From: an uncultured archaeon
GTDB taxonomy: Archaea > Nanobdellota > Nanobdellia > Pacearchaeales > GW2011-AR1
Assembly: GCA_902385635.1 (NCBI GenBank)
Contig: CABMGN010000008.1
Span: 197,147-261,146 of the forward strand
DNA length: 64,000 bases
Direction of reading: 5' to 3'
Below the pieces are notes generated by a model, which worked only from the letters and a program-made list of their open reading frames with translations, was not told the origin of the DNA and ran no database searches. This document shows positions 9,319 to 17,866 of this stretch, in pieces (position 1 is the stretch's first letter; each line of letters starts with the position of its first letter). Position numbers and translations under genes: made by a program.

Positions 9319-9783
9319 ATGGTAAGTAAAGTTCCTTTTACTTTTCGTGAATTTAGAAAAGAGGACATCCCCGAAACAAAGAAAATTATTAGATCTACCC
9401 TGGGTTTGGTAGATTCTTTTAAAGCTAAAAAAGAATTTTATCTTGGTCTAAGAAAAGATCCGAAGTTTTCTATCTGTAAAAGATTTGTTATACTCCTTCA
9501 TGGAAAGATTATTGGTCTTTTTGGAGTATACCTTTTTAGTGTTCACCCAAAGAATTACCTCGGGGTTGATTGGTTTGCAATAAAAAAAGAATATCAGCGA
9601 AAGGGGATAGGATCTAGCCTTGTTAAAGAAATGTCAAAAATCTCCCGTAAACTCCACAAAAGGAATTTATTTGTTTGGGCAGATAAACACGCGGTAGGAT
9701 TCTACATAAAAACTGGCTTTAAACTGTCTAATAAAAAAATTCTCCCAAAAGAAGGGGATTATTTTATGATCAAAAAATTATAA
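9319..9783 (+). CDS. GNAT family N-acetyltransferase
   Basis: QRKGIGSSLV (Q/RxxGxG/A CoA-binding motif); 154 aa. Confidence 0.65.
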   Translation: MVSKVPFTFREFRKEDIPETKKIIRSTLGLVDSFKAKKEFYLGLRKDPKFSICKRFVILLHGKIIGLFGVYLFSVHPKNYLGVDWFAIKKEYQRKGIGSSLVKEMSKISRKLHKRNLFVWADKHAVGFYIKTGFKLSNKKILPKEGDYFMIKKL

Positions 9784-9815
9784 AATAAAAAAATAAACTG
9801 TTTAGATTCTAAATC

Positions 9816-10151
9816 TTAGAATCTTCTTCTGCTATCTCTGTCTCTATTTCCGCCGCCGAAGCTTCTTCTAGGCTGAAATTCTCTCTTAGGTTTGCTCTCA
9901 GGATCAAACGGAGTAGCTTCACTAACTTTCAAAGCTCTTCCTTCGAATTCTTTACCATCCATCTCTGCAATTGCTTTATCAGCATCTGCATCGTTAGAGA
10001 AGGTTACGAAACCGAAACCCTTAGATCTACCAGAAAACTTGTCAGATATAACACTAGCCTCATCTACACTTCCGAATGCTGAGAAAATTTCCTTAAGTTT
10101 CTCAAATCCGAAAGAAAAAGGCAGGTTTCCTACATAAACTTTCTTACTCAT
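9816..10151 (-). CDS. RRM-type RNA-binding protein with RGG/RD-rich tail
   Basis: RNP2 KVYVGNL and RNP1 KGFGFVTF; C-terminal RRSFGGGNRDRDSRRRF. Confidence 0.8.
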   Translation of the reverse strand: MSKKVYVGNLPFSFGFEKLKEIFSAFGSVDEASVISDKFSGRSKGFGFVTFSNDADADKAIAEMDGKEFEGRALKVSEATPFDPESKPKREFQPRRSFGGGNRDRDSRRRF

Positions 10152-10273
10152 TCTTCCTCCAAATCATTTTACTTGTCTTGTTAGAAACTCAATTCTAACT
10201 ACTTTCTTTAAGAAAATCTCCTTATAAACTTATCTAAAGCAAAATATATAACCCTCTAGAGTTTATTTTATTC

Positions 10274-10810
10274 ATGCAAAAAGAAGTGTGTTATAAATGT
10301 GGCATCTCAGATGCAAATAACGAGAAATTTGGAGTTAAACTTTGTTCCTTCTGCTATGCTTTTGCTCCCGAAAAAATCAAGGAATTCCAGAGTTATAAAG
10401 AAGAAAAGGTAGATTTTCACTTAATCGACACCTACCGAAAGAATTTTTCTCCAAACGGAGAGAGACAAAAAAGAGGAATGTCCGAAAAAGCATCTCTGGG
10501 AAAAGTAATGTCTCGAGCCCCCTTGGGTTATAAACTTGTAGGCGGTACGTTAGTATTAGACAAAGAAAAGTCCCTAGAAGTAAGAGAGATTTTTGATGAA
10601 TTCCTTTCAGAGGAAAAACCAAAATTAAATCATATAGCAGAAAAGCATAACCTCTCAATAAATGGTCTGAAGAAAGTATTGAAGAATTTCTCCTACCTTG
10701 GCAAAGTAAAGTTCAATAATCAAATTCATCAGGGGGAGCATTCACCAATAGTCTCTTCAACAATATTTAATCATACTCAAGATAAGTTAAGAAATTTAGG
10801 AATAAAGTGA
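10274..10810 (+). CDS. zinc-ribbon plus recombinase-domain protein (paralog of the 1009-1782 recombinase C-terminal part, lacks catalytic resolvase domain)
   Basis: N-terminal CYKCG...CSFCYA. C-terminal RAPLGYKLV / YLGKVKF / H-PIV...F..TQDKL segments parallel RAPKGYKLV / YLGKVKF / HPAIIDKQLFEQVQNKL of the upstream recombinase. Confidence 0.5.
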   Translation: MQKEVCYKCGISDANNEKFGVKLCSFCYAFAPEKIKEFQSYKEEKVDFHLIDTYRKNFSPNGERQKRGMSEKASLGKVMSRAPLGYKLVGGTLVLDKEKSLEVREIFDEFLSEEKPKLNHIAEKHNLSINGLKKVLKNFSYLGKVKFNNQIHQGEHSPIVSSTIFNHTQDKLRNLGIK

Positions 10811-10861
10811 TTATTACTCTTTTACAATAATTATTATAAACACTCTTGGTTAATAGTATTT

Positions 10862-11557
10862 ATGCCAATATTAGAAGAGGACATTGTTACTAAAGGATTG
10901 CCCTGGCCCATGGTTTTCTTGTCAAGAAATGAAGCTATCACTTTAGATACACCAGAACCCCCTTGTCCCCCAGATCGGGTTAGTTTCAGGGGAGATTTGG
11001 GCGTTGGGCCCGCGGGGTCTACTGAAGTTTTAGATTTTTTGGGTCTTGACATTGTAAATGTACAGACTCCGAATTATCATCTAATTGCCTCTGCTTCTAA
11101 ATACCTCGTTTCTATGATTCCTTGGAACGGAAAGGATCACTGGTTTTCTAAAGAAGAAAGAGATTCAAGAACCCCCGAACAAAGGGTGTTATTTGACGGG
11201 GGCATCGCTATTTACCGAGTTGGAAGTATCCCTTCAAGCCAAGGAATAAAACCTAATAAGGAAGTAAGGGGTTCCTATCATGAAAGAAATGGAAGAATTT
11301 GGTTATCTAGAAAAGATTTAATTGAGAATCCAGACTTATCTTTGGTTCTTTTTGCAAACTCTACTGCCGATGATGAAAAAGAAAGAAGAGTAGAGATGAT
11401 TCTACGGGCTTATGAGCACCAAGATATGCTACGCAGTGACGCAAGACATAGAGCGATTTATGGGGAGTATGCTCGAGGGAGAAAAGATCAAATTGAATCA
11501 GATTTTGGAACCTTTGGCCATCATCATCCAGGTTTTCCCGATTGTTTATCTGAATGA
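10862..11557 (+). CDS. hypothetical protein, compositionally atypical (GC-richer)
   Basis: 231-aa ORF with diverse composition; N-terminal ~200 nt visibly GC-rich relative to the flanking sequence; no recognisable domain. Confidence 0.4.
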   Translation: MPILEEDIVTKGLPWPMVFLSRNEAITLDTPEPPCPPDRVSFRGDLGVGPAGSTEVLDFLGLDIVNVQTPNYHLIASASKYLVSMIPWNGKDHWFSKEERDSRTPEQRVLFDGGIAIYRVGSIPSSQGIKPNKEVRGSYHERNGRIWLSRKDLIENPDLSLVLFANSTADDEKERRVEMILRAYEHQDMLRSDARHRAIYGEYARGRKDQIESDFGTFGHHHPGFPDCLSE

Positions 11558-11947
11558 CTTCTGTCTCTTAGATCTAGCCTTACTATCTCCAGGTTTGTAA
11601 GCTTCTTTTCTTCTTACATCTGCAACAATCATATTTCTATCGTAATCCACATAAGCATCTTTTAGCTTCTCTGAGCCTGAGAAATCAATAATTCCCTTTG
11701 CAAGAGCGAGTCTAGCTGCTTCTATCTGCCCTTTGCTTCCTCCACCCCTTGTTGTTATTTGAGCATCAAAATTTATCTTTCCTAAAACATGTTCTGCTAT
11801 CTTCATTGGCTCTTGAAGTTTCAGTCTATCAAATAGAGAGAAAGAGTCGTATCCTTTTTTGTTTAAAGTTATTTTTCCAGAACCATCGATAAGAACAGCT
11901 CTTGCTACAGCCCTCTTTCTTTTTCCTGACGAGATCACTTTTTTCAT
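11546..11947 (-). CDS. rps9: 30S ribosomal protein S9 (uS9)
   Basis: GKRKRAVARA...TTRGGG...C-terminal KRQKSFR. Confidence 0.9.
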   Translation of the reverse strand: MKKVISSGKRKRAVARAVLIDGSGKITLNKKGYDSFSLFDRLKLQEPMKIAEHVLGKINFDAQITTRGGGSKGQIEAARLALAKGIIDFSGSEKLKDAYVDYDRNMIVADVRRKEAYKPGDSKARSKRQKSFR

Positions 11948-12336
11948 TTTGTCAGTTCACTTAAAGTCATATATTTAATTTTACTTTCCTTGAATATCTC
12001 AAGAGCTTTTTCACTCTTATACTTCTCAGGAATGCCTTTGTAACAGAGTATTCTTTTAAACGCTTCTCTTCCTCTGCCTGTTCGGTGATCTGGCAACATT
12101 CCTCTTATAATTCTTTTAAAGTATTTCTCAACAGAAAGAGAAACTTTTGGGCCAACTTGTAATGTTCCAACTTTATTTCTTTTATTAAGAACTTCCTGCT
12201 TAAGGTCCTTCTTGTTTCCTGAAATTATTGCCTTCTCGCAGTTGATTATAACAACCTCTTCTCCTTTCAGAGCTTCTTTAGCTGCGAAGCTAGCAATTCT
12301 TCCAACAACCGAATCTTCTGCATTTATTAATTTCAT
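11944..12336 (-). CDS. rpl13: 50S ribosomal protein L13 (uL13)
   Basis: VVGRIAS..AK..L.GE.VVIIN...A.ISG. Confidence 0.9.
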   Translation of the reverse strand: MKLINAEDSVVGRIASFAAKEALKGEEVVIINCEKAIISGNKKDLKQEVLNKRNKVGTLQVGPKVSLSVEKYFKRIIRGMLPDHRTGRGREAFKRILCYKGIPEKYKSEKALEIFKESKIKYMTLSELTK

Positions 12337-12337
12337 T

Positions 12338-12703
12338 TTATCCTAAAATTTTAATTCCCTTTCCAGAGGGATTTTTTTTAATTTCTTCTAGTATTGAAAC
12401 AGCTTCGCCTTTAGCATTTAATATCTTTTCTCTGGCCCCTTCCGAAAAGCTAAGAGCCACAACTTTTAATTTTTTATCTAAACTTCCCTGAGAAAGAACC
12501 TTTCCTGGAATAACAACAATTTCAGAATTTTCTTTAGTTAACTCTCCAACATTAACTGAAGGTTGTTTCTTTGTTGGTGTAGACAAAACTTCTGCAACTT
12601 TATACCAGGGTTTATTTTTCTTAGCTAGAATTATTGTTTCAACTAGAACTGGATTTGTCTTTCTCTTCAACTGCTTCTCAATTTTAGTTTTAGTCTTTGT
12701 CAT
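12338..12703 (-). CDS. rpl18e: 50S ribosomal protein L18e (eL18)
   Basis: TNPVLVETIILAKKN...W..VAEVL...VNVGEL; conserved position between L13 and rpoD. Confidence 0.85.
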   Translation of the reverse strand: MTKTKTKIEKQLKRKTNPVLVETIILAKKNKPWYKVAEVLSTPTKKQPSVNVGELTKENSEIVVIPGKVLSQGSLDKKLKVVALSFSEGAREKILNAKGEAVSILEEIKKNPSGKGIKILG

Positions 12704-12817
12704 TTTATATTAGGCAAGCTTAGTAGAATTCACTTTCCGTCCGGAAAGAAAAACCCACTATCGCGTTAGCTTGCAGGTATTTTTTCGATGATTATTTGGT
12801 TTATAAATCATTCGCTA

Positions 12818-12901
12818 TGCGGGAAAGAGGATTCGAACCCCTGCAAGCACTAAGCTAACAGCTCCTAAGGCTGCCCCGTTTGACCACTCCGGCATTCCCG
12901 C
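12818..12901 (-). tRNA. tRNA-Leu (anticodon UAG), class II with long variable arm
   Basis: Reverse complement folds as GCGGGAA-TG-CCG/GAGTGGTCAAA/CGG-G-GCAGC[CTTAGGA]GCTGT-long variable arm-GGGGT[TCGAATC]CTCTT-TTCCCGC-A. 7-bp acceptor, TTCGAAT T-loop, anticodon loop CTTAGGA. Confidence 0.8.
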
Positions 12902-12940
12902 AGACAGAAGTAATTATTATAACGGGTTTTTAAAACCTGC

Positions 12941-13666
12941 TTATTCTTTAGAAATCTTTTTTTCAAGCTGTTCCAAATCTTTACCTAACTCTTCAACAGC
13001 TTTTTTGAAAATATCATCTACATCCATTTGTCCAAAACCTTCCAAAGTTATTATTAATTCGGGATTATATTTTATCTCAATTTCAGCACCATTTTTCTGA
13101 GCAATTCCTTCACAGAAGTCAATCATATCTGCTTTTTGATTATCTTGGATAATTATCTTATTCCCTTTTTCTTTTATTTCTGCTTTTGGAAAAACTCCTT
13201 TAATTTCATTAGCAAATTCTTTATCTAGAGTGATTTCAGCAGTATTTCTATAGAACATTAAACCCGGATTAAACTTCGCGTGCTGTATGCCTCGGCCAAC
13301 TTTTGCTGTTGCAACAATCTCAAATTCTTGCCCCTTATTTAAGAAAGTTATAGGGATTCCTTCATAAACAACCTTCAGGTCTCCTTTTAATTCTCCAGCC
13401 TTGATGAATCCTTCTTTTTCAGTAGAAAGTTTTAAGGTGAATTCTTTATCTTCTTTTACTGATCCAGAAGGCATTTTTAGTGGAATTAGCCCAATTCTCT
13501 GAGCAACAGTCTCGTCATATAACGGAGAATCATTCTTAGAGATTTCTACAGCATCTATTGCAAGGAGCGGAATCTTAGATATGTACCTTCTTATTGCATT
13601 AGCAAGAGACTCATCAACTTCTGAACTAAAAACTAGTTGGTTATCCTTTGCGTAAATTTTCTTCAT
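12941..13666 (-). CDS. rpoD: DNA-directed RNA polymerase subunit D (Rpo3)
   Basis: ANAIRRY...IPLLAIDAVEI..N.S...DE..AQRIGLIPL; typical position between S11 and L18e. Confidence 0.85.
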   Translation of the reverse strand: MKKIYAKDNQLVFSSEVDESLANAIRRYISKIPLLAIDAVEISKNDSPLYDETVAQRIGLIPLKMPSGSVKEDKEFTLKLSTEKEGFIKAGELKGDLKVVYEGIPITFLNKGQEFEIVATAKVGRGIQHAKFNPGLMFYRNTAEITLDKEFANEIKGVFPKAEIKEKGNKIIIQDNQKADMIDFCEGIAQKNGAEIEIKYNPELIITLEGFGQMDVDDIFKKAVEELGKDLEQLEKKISKE

Positions 13667-13697
13667 TTTATTCTATTTTATACTTAAAAATTTATAT

Positions 13698-14144
13698 TTA
13701 AACTCTTCTACCCCTTCTTCCACCCTTCTTCTTAGGCCCACCCCTAGCAAATCTTGTTGTATCTAAGATGTTAATTATCCTAAACCCATCTTTTGTAAGA
13801 CTTTTCATAATTGAGTGCACTCCTGGTCCTGGAGAAGGATTTCCTGTAGCTGCTCTAACTCTTAAGTAAATGTTCTTAACCCCAAGTTCTCTTAAAGGTT
13901 CAGAAATTCTTTTTGCAATAAACATAGCAACTGTTGGGTTTGCTTTAAGTCTGTCATACTTGGTGACCATCCCACCAGTTACTTTCACAATAGTTTTACC
14001 TGACATGTCGGTCACGTGTGCTATAGTGTTATTAAATGATGAATAAATATTCAGAGTAACTTCGATTTCCTTTTCCTTCTTCTCTTTTTTCTTTTCAGAA
14101 TCTTCTACCTCTGCTTCAATTTGTACTGCTTCTTCTTCAGGCAT
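13698..14144 (-). CDS. rps11: 30S ribosomal protein S11 (uS11) with acidic N-terminal extension
   Basis: C-terminal ATGNPSPGPGVHSIMKSL...; N-terminal EEAVQIEAEVEDSEKKKEKKEKE extension. Confidence 0.9.
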   Translation of the reverse strand: MPEEEAVQIEAEVEDSEKKKEKKEKEIEVTLNIYSSFNNTIAHVTDMSGKTIVKVTGGMVTKYDRLKANPTVAMFIAKRISEPLRELGVKNIYLRVRAATGNPSPGPGVHSIMKSLTKDGFRIINILDTTRFARGGPKKKGGRRGRRV

Positions 14145-14637
14145 TTTCTTCTCCTACTGTTTTTTCTTCCTTTACTTTTTTAACTTTTGCCTTTTTTGGT
14201 TTTAGTTCAATTTTCTCTTCTAATGAAACAGGTACAACAAAAGAAGGGATACTTACAGCATGTCCGTTTACAATAACTTTTTTATGAACAATTAACTGTC
14301 TTGCTTCTTTAGCTGTTTTTGCAAGTCTTTTTTTGACTAAAACTGTTTGAAGTCTTCTTTTCAAGTAGTCTTCTCTAGTTAAAGAAAGAATATCAGAAAC
14401 AGAGTTAACATTTAATCCAATTTTTTTAAGCTGATCAAATAACGCTTTTTGTTTTTCGGGTGAAGCTGAAATAATATTCTTTGCTTTCTCTCTCATCTCT
14501 TTAATTCTTGCTTCTGCTTTCCAGATTTCTCTTTTATTCTTTAACCCAAATTCTTCTTTTACTTTGTTTTCTTCTTCAATTCTTTGTTTCTCAAAAGGTC
14601 TTTTTGGTCTTGAATATGTCTTATGTTTTCTCTTCAT
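14137..14637 (-). CDS. rps4: 30S ribosomal protein S4 (uS4)
   Basis: KRKHKTYSRPKRPFEK...RLQTVLVKKRLAKTAKEARQLIVHKKVIVNG. Confidence 0.9.
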   Translation of the reverse strand: MKRKHKTYSRPKRPFEKQRIEEENKVKEEFGLKNKREIWKAEARIKEMREKAKNIISASPEKQKALFDQLKKIGLNVNSVSDILSLTREDYLKRRLQTVLVKKRLAKTAKEARQLIVHKKVIVNGHAVSIPSFVVPVSLEEKIELKPKKAKVKKVKEEKTVGEENA

Positions 14638-14639
14638 TT

Positions 14640-15170
14640 TTAGATTTCCTTTTCTTTAGATGCTTTTTTCTTTTTAATTCCGACTCCCTTAGATTTATTC
14701 CTTCTAAAGTGAGATCTTGTTTTTTGTCCTCTTGAAGGTTGTTGATTTAAGTGTCTGTATCCTCTATAAGATTTTATTTTCTTTAATCTTTTAATGTCAA
14801 ATTCTGTTTGAAGTTCAAGATCATTACCAATCAAGTGTCTGTTTTCTCCAGATTCCATATCATTTGGTCTATTAATCAAATATTTAGGAACAGAGGGTTT
14901 CTTAGCAAATTCACTTATCTTTTCGATTTCTTGCTGGGAAAGTTCAATTATTTTTTTATTTTTAGGAATTTTAAGAATTTTACAAATTGCATTAGACATA
15001 CTCCAAGAAATTCCTTTGATCCTAGTCAAGCCAACATAAACTTTCATATTTCCGGGAATATCTTTTGCTAAAATTCTGATTAGTCTCTCTTCATCTACCT
15101 TTTTCTCATTAGGATTATACGGTTTTTTCGCCGGTTTTTCTTGTTTTGTTTTTTCTTCTTTTTCAGCCAT
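14640..15170 (-). CDS. rps13: 30S ribosomal protein S13 (uS13)
   Basis: RILAKDIPGN...GLTRIKGI...YRGYRHLNQQPSRGQKTRSHFRRNK. Confidence 0.9.
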   Translation of the reverse strand: MAEKEEKTKQEKPAKKPYNPNEKKVDEERLIRILAKDIPGNMKVYVGLTRIKGISWSMSNAICKILKIPKNKKIIELSQQEIEKISEFAKKPSVPKYLINRPNDMESGENRHLIGNDLELQTEFDIKRLKKIKSYRGYRHLNQQPSRGQKTRSHFRRNKSKGVGIKKKKASKEKEI

Positions 15171-15171
15171 T

Positions 15172-15708
15172 TTATCTTGTGAAAAGGTTGTATCTTTCCA
15201 TTGTTGTTAATTCTTGCATTATCCTTTTTTCTATCGCTTTTTCAGGATAGGGAATTCCGGGGATTCTTTTCTTTATATCCTCGAAACTTTCAAAGGGTTT
15301 TTCTTCCCTTTGTTTGAGTATTTCTTGCATGTGTTTCTTTCCAAGCCCGGGAAGAAGTTCGATTTGATGAACTCTCTTGTTTATTGCTTCTGACTTGTTG
15401 AAAAACTCAATAAACTCTTTCTCGCGTTCTTTAACTACTTTACTAATTACTTCCTCAAGTTGCCTTTTTGCTTCTTCAGTAAGTTTTTCTCTTTGAAGTC
15501 TACCTAGAATGTAGTATATTTTGTCTCGTTTACCTTCCCCAATATATACTTTTTCTCCAGACTCTAAACTAATTCCTCTCCTAGGCACTAATTCTAGAAG
15601 AGTAAGATTTTTCTCCCCAAGAGCCTGGACTACAGGCATCATTTTTTTCTCGAGAGGATATCCATTCGGTAAAAATTCTAGCACTATTGCATATTCTTCT
15701 TTTTGCAT
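15172..15708 (-). CDS. DUF655/COG1491 family predicted RNA-binding protein (OB-fold + HhH)
   Basis: AIVLEFLPNGYP...FFN...NKRVHQIELLPGLGKKHMQEILKQREEKPFESFEDIKKRIPGI. Conserved archaeal neighbour of rpoF/rpl21e. Confidence 0.6.
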   Translation of the reverse strand: MQKEEYAIVLEFLPNGYPLEKKMMPVVQALGEKNLTLLELVPRRGISLESGEKVYIGEGKRDKIYYILGRLQREKLTEEAKRQLEEVISKVVKEREKEFIEFFNKSEAINKRVHQIELLPGLGKKHMQEILKQREEKPFESFEDIKKRIPGIPYPEKAIEKRIMQELTTMERYNLFTR

Positions 15709-15713
15709 TTTTC

Positions 15714-16019
15714 TTATTTGTATTGTTTAACTGTTTCAAGTATTTTATTTGATTCATTTTCCTCTAAACTTGCTCCCTGGAAAACCTTATTTAATTCTTG
15801 TACACTATCAGGTAGGACATCTATAATTTTTACAACATACTCTTCTTTCATCTTAGCCATATTTAACTCTTCAAGTTTTTTTCTTAGTTCTTTAGCTTCC
15901 TTAGCAGTCAACTTTGTGAACTTCTTTATGAATAAGCTCATTTCTTTTCCATGATCGCTTTTTAAGTCAAGGAACTCTTGAACTTCGGCCATACTTAGAT
16001 ACTGTCTATTTTTTATCAT
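15714..16019 (-). CDS. rpoF: RNA polymerase subunit F (Rpo4)-like protein
   Basis: 101 aa; position between DUF655 and L21e matches the conserved archaeal rpl21e-rpoF-COG1491 arrangement; C-terminal KIIDVLPDSVQELNKVF HRDC-like segment. Confidence 0.5.
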   Translation of the reverse strand: MIKNRQYLSMAEVQEFLDLKSDHGKEMSLFIKKFTKLTAKEAKELRKKLEELNMAKMKEEYVVKIIDVLPDSVQELNKVFQGASLEENESNKILETVKQYK

Positions 16020-16020
16020 T

Positions 16021-16293
16021 TTATTTCTTAAGCGGAGAAGTATTTATTTTTTTTAGATGTACTGGAGAGATAATATACTCTTTAGGTTTTGTACAATCAT
16101 TTATAGTAACCAAGTAAGACCTTCCTTTCTTGTTCCCAACTTTTCCGGTTCTTCCTTGAAGTTTTTCTGGGAATCCAAAATTAGTTGCTCTGTCAATATC
16201 TACTGCTACAAAGTCATTTTTTTTTAGCTCTTGAAAAGCTCTGCTAAGTCTTACTTTTCCTTTTTGTCTAAGGGGTTTCTTCTTATTAACCAT
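16021..16293 (-). CDS. rpl21e: 50S ribosomal protein L21e (eL21)
   Basis: QKGKVRLSRAFQ...FVAVDIDRA...TGKVGNKKGRSYLVTINDCTKPKEYIISPVHLKK. Confidence 0.8.
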   Translation of the reverse strand: MVNKKKPLRQKGKVRLSRAFQELKKNDFVAVDIDRATNFGFPEKLQGRTGKVGNKKGRSYLVTINDCTKPKEYIISPVHLKKINTSPLKK

Positions 16294-16312
16294 GAATAGA
16301 ACAGAAATATAC

Positions 16313-16320
16313 TATTTAAA
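16313..16320 (-). promoter_or_regulatory. TATA-like box (TTTAAATA) ~20-27 nt upstream of rpl21e start; candidate promoter of the minus-strand r-protein/RNAP operon
   Basis: Minus-strand GGTTTTTAAATAGTATAT immediately upstream of the ATG; archaeal leaderless-type spacing. Confidence 0.3.
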
Positions 16321-16372
16321 AACCTATCGCACTCTTTTAGAGAATAATTCTTATTTTACCGTCGAATTTATC

Positions 16373-16567
16373 TTACTTCCTACCAAAAGGTTGAGTATTT
16401 GTGGAACATAAATCTCCTCTGCTCTCTGCGTCATTCATTCCGTCTAAAATGGTTCTGAACATCTTAGGGCCCCAGATTCCAACGCCGCATCTATCACATA
16501 CATCTACAGCTCTGCTATCCACAATATCGCTCTTACAGTAAACACACTTTTTTGCCATTGAATTCAC
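16373..16567 (-). CDS. small zinc-ribbon protein
   Basis: CVYCKS...CDRCG (two CxxC pairs); 64 aa. Confidence 0.35.
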   Translation of the reverse strand: MNSMAKKCVYCKSDIVDSRAVDVCDRCGVGIWGPKMFRTILDGMNDAESRGDLCSTNTQPFGRK

Positions 16568-16636
16568 ACCAGTTTTAATTGTTGTGTTCCAAAAATCCTC
16601 GAAGTTTATAAGGATTTCTGTGAAATTCTAGAATGA

Positions 16637-17866
16637 TTATTCGTATCTTAAGGCATCAACCACTTTGGTTTTTGAAGCTTGCCAGGCGGGTATAAGTCCA
16701 GATAAAACACCAACAATGAATGAAAAGACTAAACATCCAACAAATAAGTACCAAGGGGTTCCTATCCTGAGAAGAGTTGTTCCTAGTTGTTGAACAGCTA
16801 TTACTTCAATGACCTTTCCAATAGCAAGACCAACAACAACCCCCAGAATTCCTCCCAACAAACCGAGTAAACCAGACTCTATAAGAAAGATAAACATTAC
16901 ATCTAAATTTTTAGCTCCAATAGCTTTCATAACCCCAATTTCTCGAGTTCGTTCTAAGACTGAAGTGTACATGGTGTTTGCAATACCGATACTTCCAACA
17001 ATCAAACTAATCGCAGCAACACTTAGAAGAAAACCCGTTATTATACTCAAGATAGAGTTAACACTTTGTAAAAGCTCTTCAGGGGTTAATATTTCAAAAT
17101 CCTGAGTTTTTTCCGTAACGCCCCTAGCACTTCGTAACTTCTTTTCTACTTTTTTTGCTACATCAGATAAATTTTCATTAGGGTTAACTTGGACTATAAC
17201 CTGATCGACTCTTTCTCCAGAGTTATAGATTAATTTGAAGTCTGAGAAAGACATATAGATATTTTGATCATCAGAAGGATTTCCTACAGATTGTAAAATA
17301 CCAACAACCTCAAATTCTTCTCCATTAATCAATAATTTATCTTTGATCCCAACTTTTTTTCCAAAAGTATTTTCTTCAGCATATTTTGATCCAATCATAA
17401 TTTTTTTCTTATCTGTTTCTTTGAATAACCTTCCCTGATCTATCTTGAAAGAAGAAGTTTCAGACATTGCTTTGAAAATTTCAGCATTATCTAACGGAAT
17501 ACCAATAACAATAGCATATCTTATTTTTTTATTAAATTCTATCTTTCCATTCCCAGTATTCATGTAAGTGACCTGCTTTACGCCCTGAACTTTTTCTATT
17601 GTATTTATATCATTCAAGGTTAATTGCACTGCGGCAGTATTAGAACCAATCCCTCCCGACTCCATACTTCCTTTTGCAAAAATAAAAAATTTATCTGTCC
17701 CTAAAGATCTAAATTGTTCTTGAACAGCATTTTCTAACCCAAGAGAGAGGCTGATGAGCATGAAGATAGTTGCAATAGAGATTAAGATTCCTAGAAGAGT
17801 AAGCCAACTTTGTAACTTTCTTTTCTTTAAATTTTTTGTTGCTAATTTGAAATAATCTTTAATCAT
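16637..17866 (-). CDS. ABC transporter permease, FtsX/MacB family
   Basis: N-terminal TM, large extracytoplasmic domain, C-terminal FtsX 3-TM module (...ERTREIGVMKAIGAKN...). Confidence 0.8.
   Translation of the reverse strand: MIKDYFKLATKNLKKRKLQSWLTLLGILISIATIFMLISLSLGLENAVQEQFRSLGTDKFFIFAKGSMESGGIGSNTAAVQLTLNDINTIEKVQGVKQVTYMNTGNGKIEFNKKIRYAIVIGIPLDNAEIFKAMSETSSFKIDQGRLFKETDKKKIMIGSKYAEENTFGKKVGIKDKLLINGEEFEVVGILQSVGNPSDDQNIYMSFSDFKLIYNSGERVDQVIVQVNPNENLSDVAKKVEKKLRSARGVTEKTQDFEILTPEELLQSVNSILSIITGFLLSVAAISLIVGSIGIANTMYTSVLERTREIGVMKAIGAKNLDVMFIFLIESGLLGLLGGILGVVVGLAIGKVIEVIAVQQLGTTLLRIGTPWYLFVGCLVFSFIVGVLSGLIPAWQASKTKVVDALRYE

Noticed and set aside
10834-11052. 72-aa minus-strand ORF
   Set aside because: It lies within the GC-rich part of the 10862-11557 gene. 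Open reverse frames are expected in GC-rich sequence.
10862-11557. GC-rich segment considered as a structured ncRNA (RNase P RNA or SRP RNA)
   Set aside because: The segment is one continuous 231-codon ORF with protein-like composition. No CR-I/CR-IV (RNase P) or SRP Alu/S-domain consensus strings were recognisable by eye. An Infernal scan (RF00373, RF01857) would settle it.
12733-12748. Perfect hairpin ctttcc-gtcc-ggaaag between tRNA-Leu and rpl18e
   Set aside because: No adjacent T-run, so a terminator role is unclear. It could be a processing site, but evidence is insufficient to call a feature.
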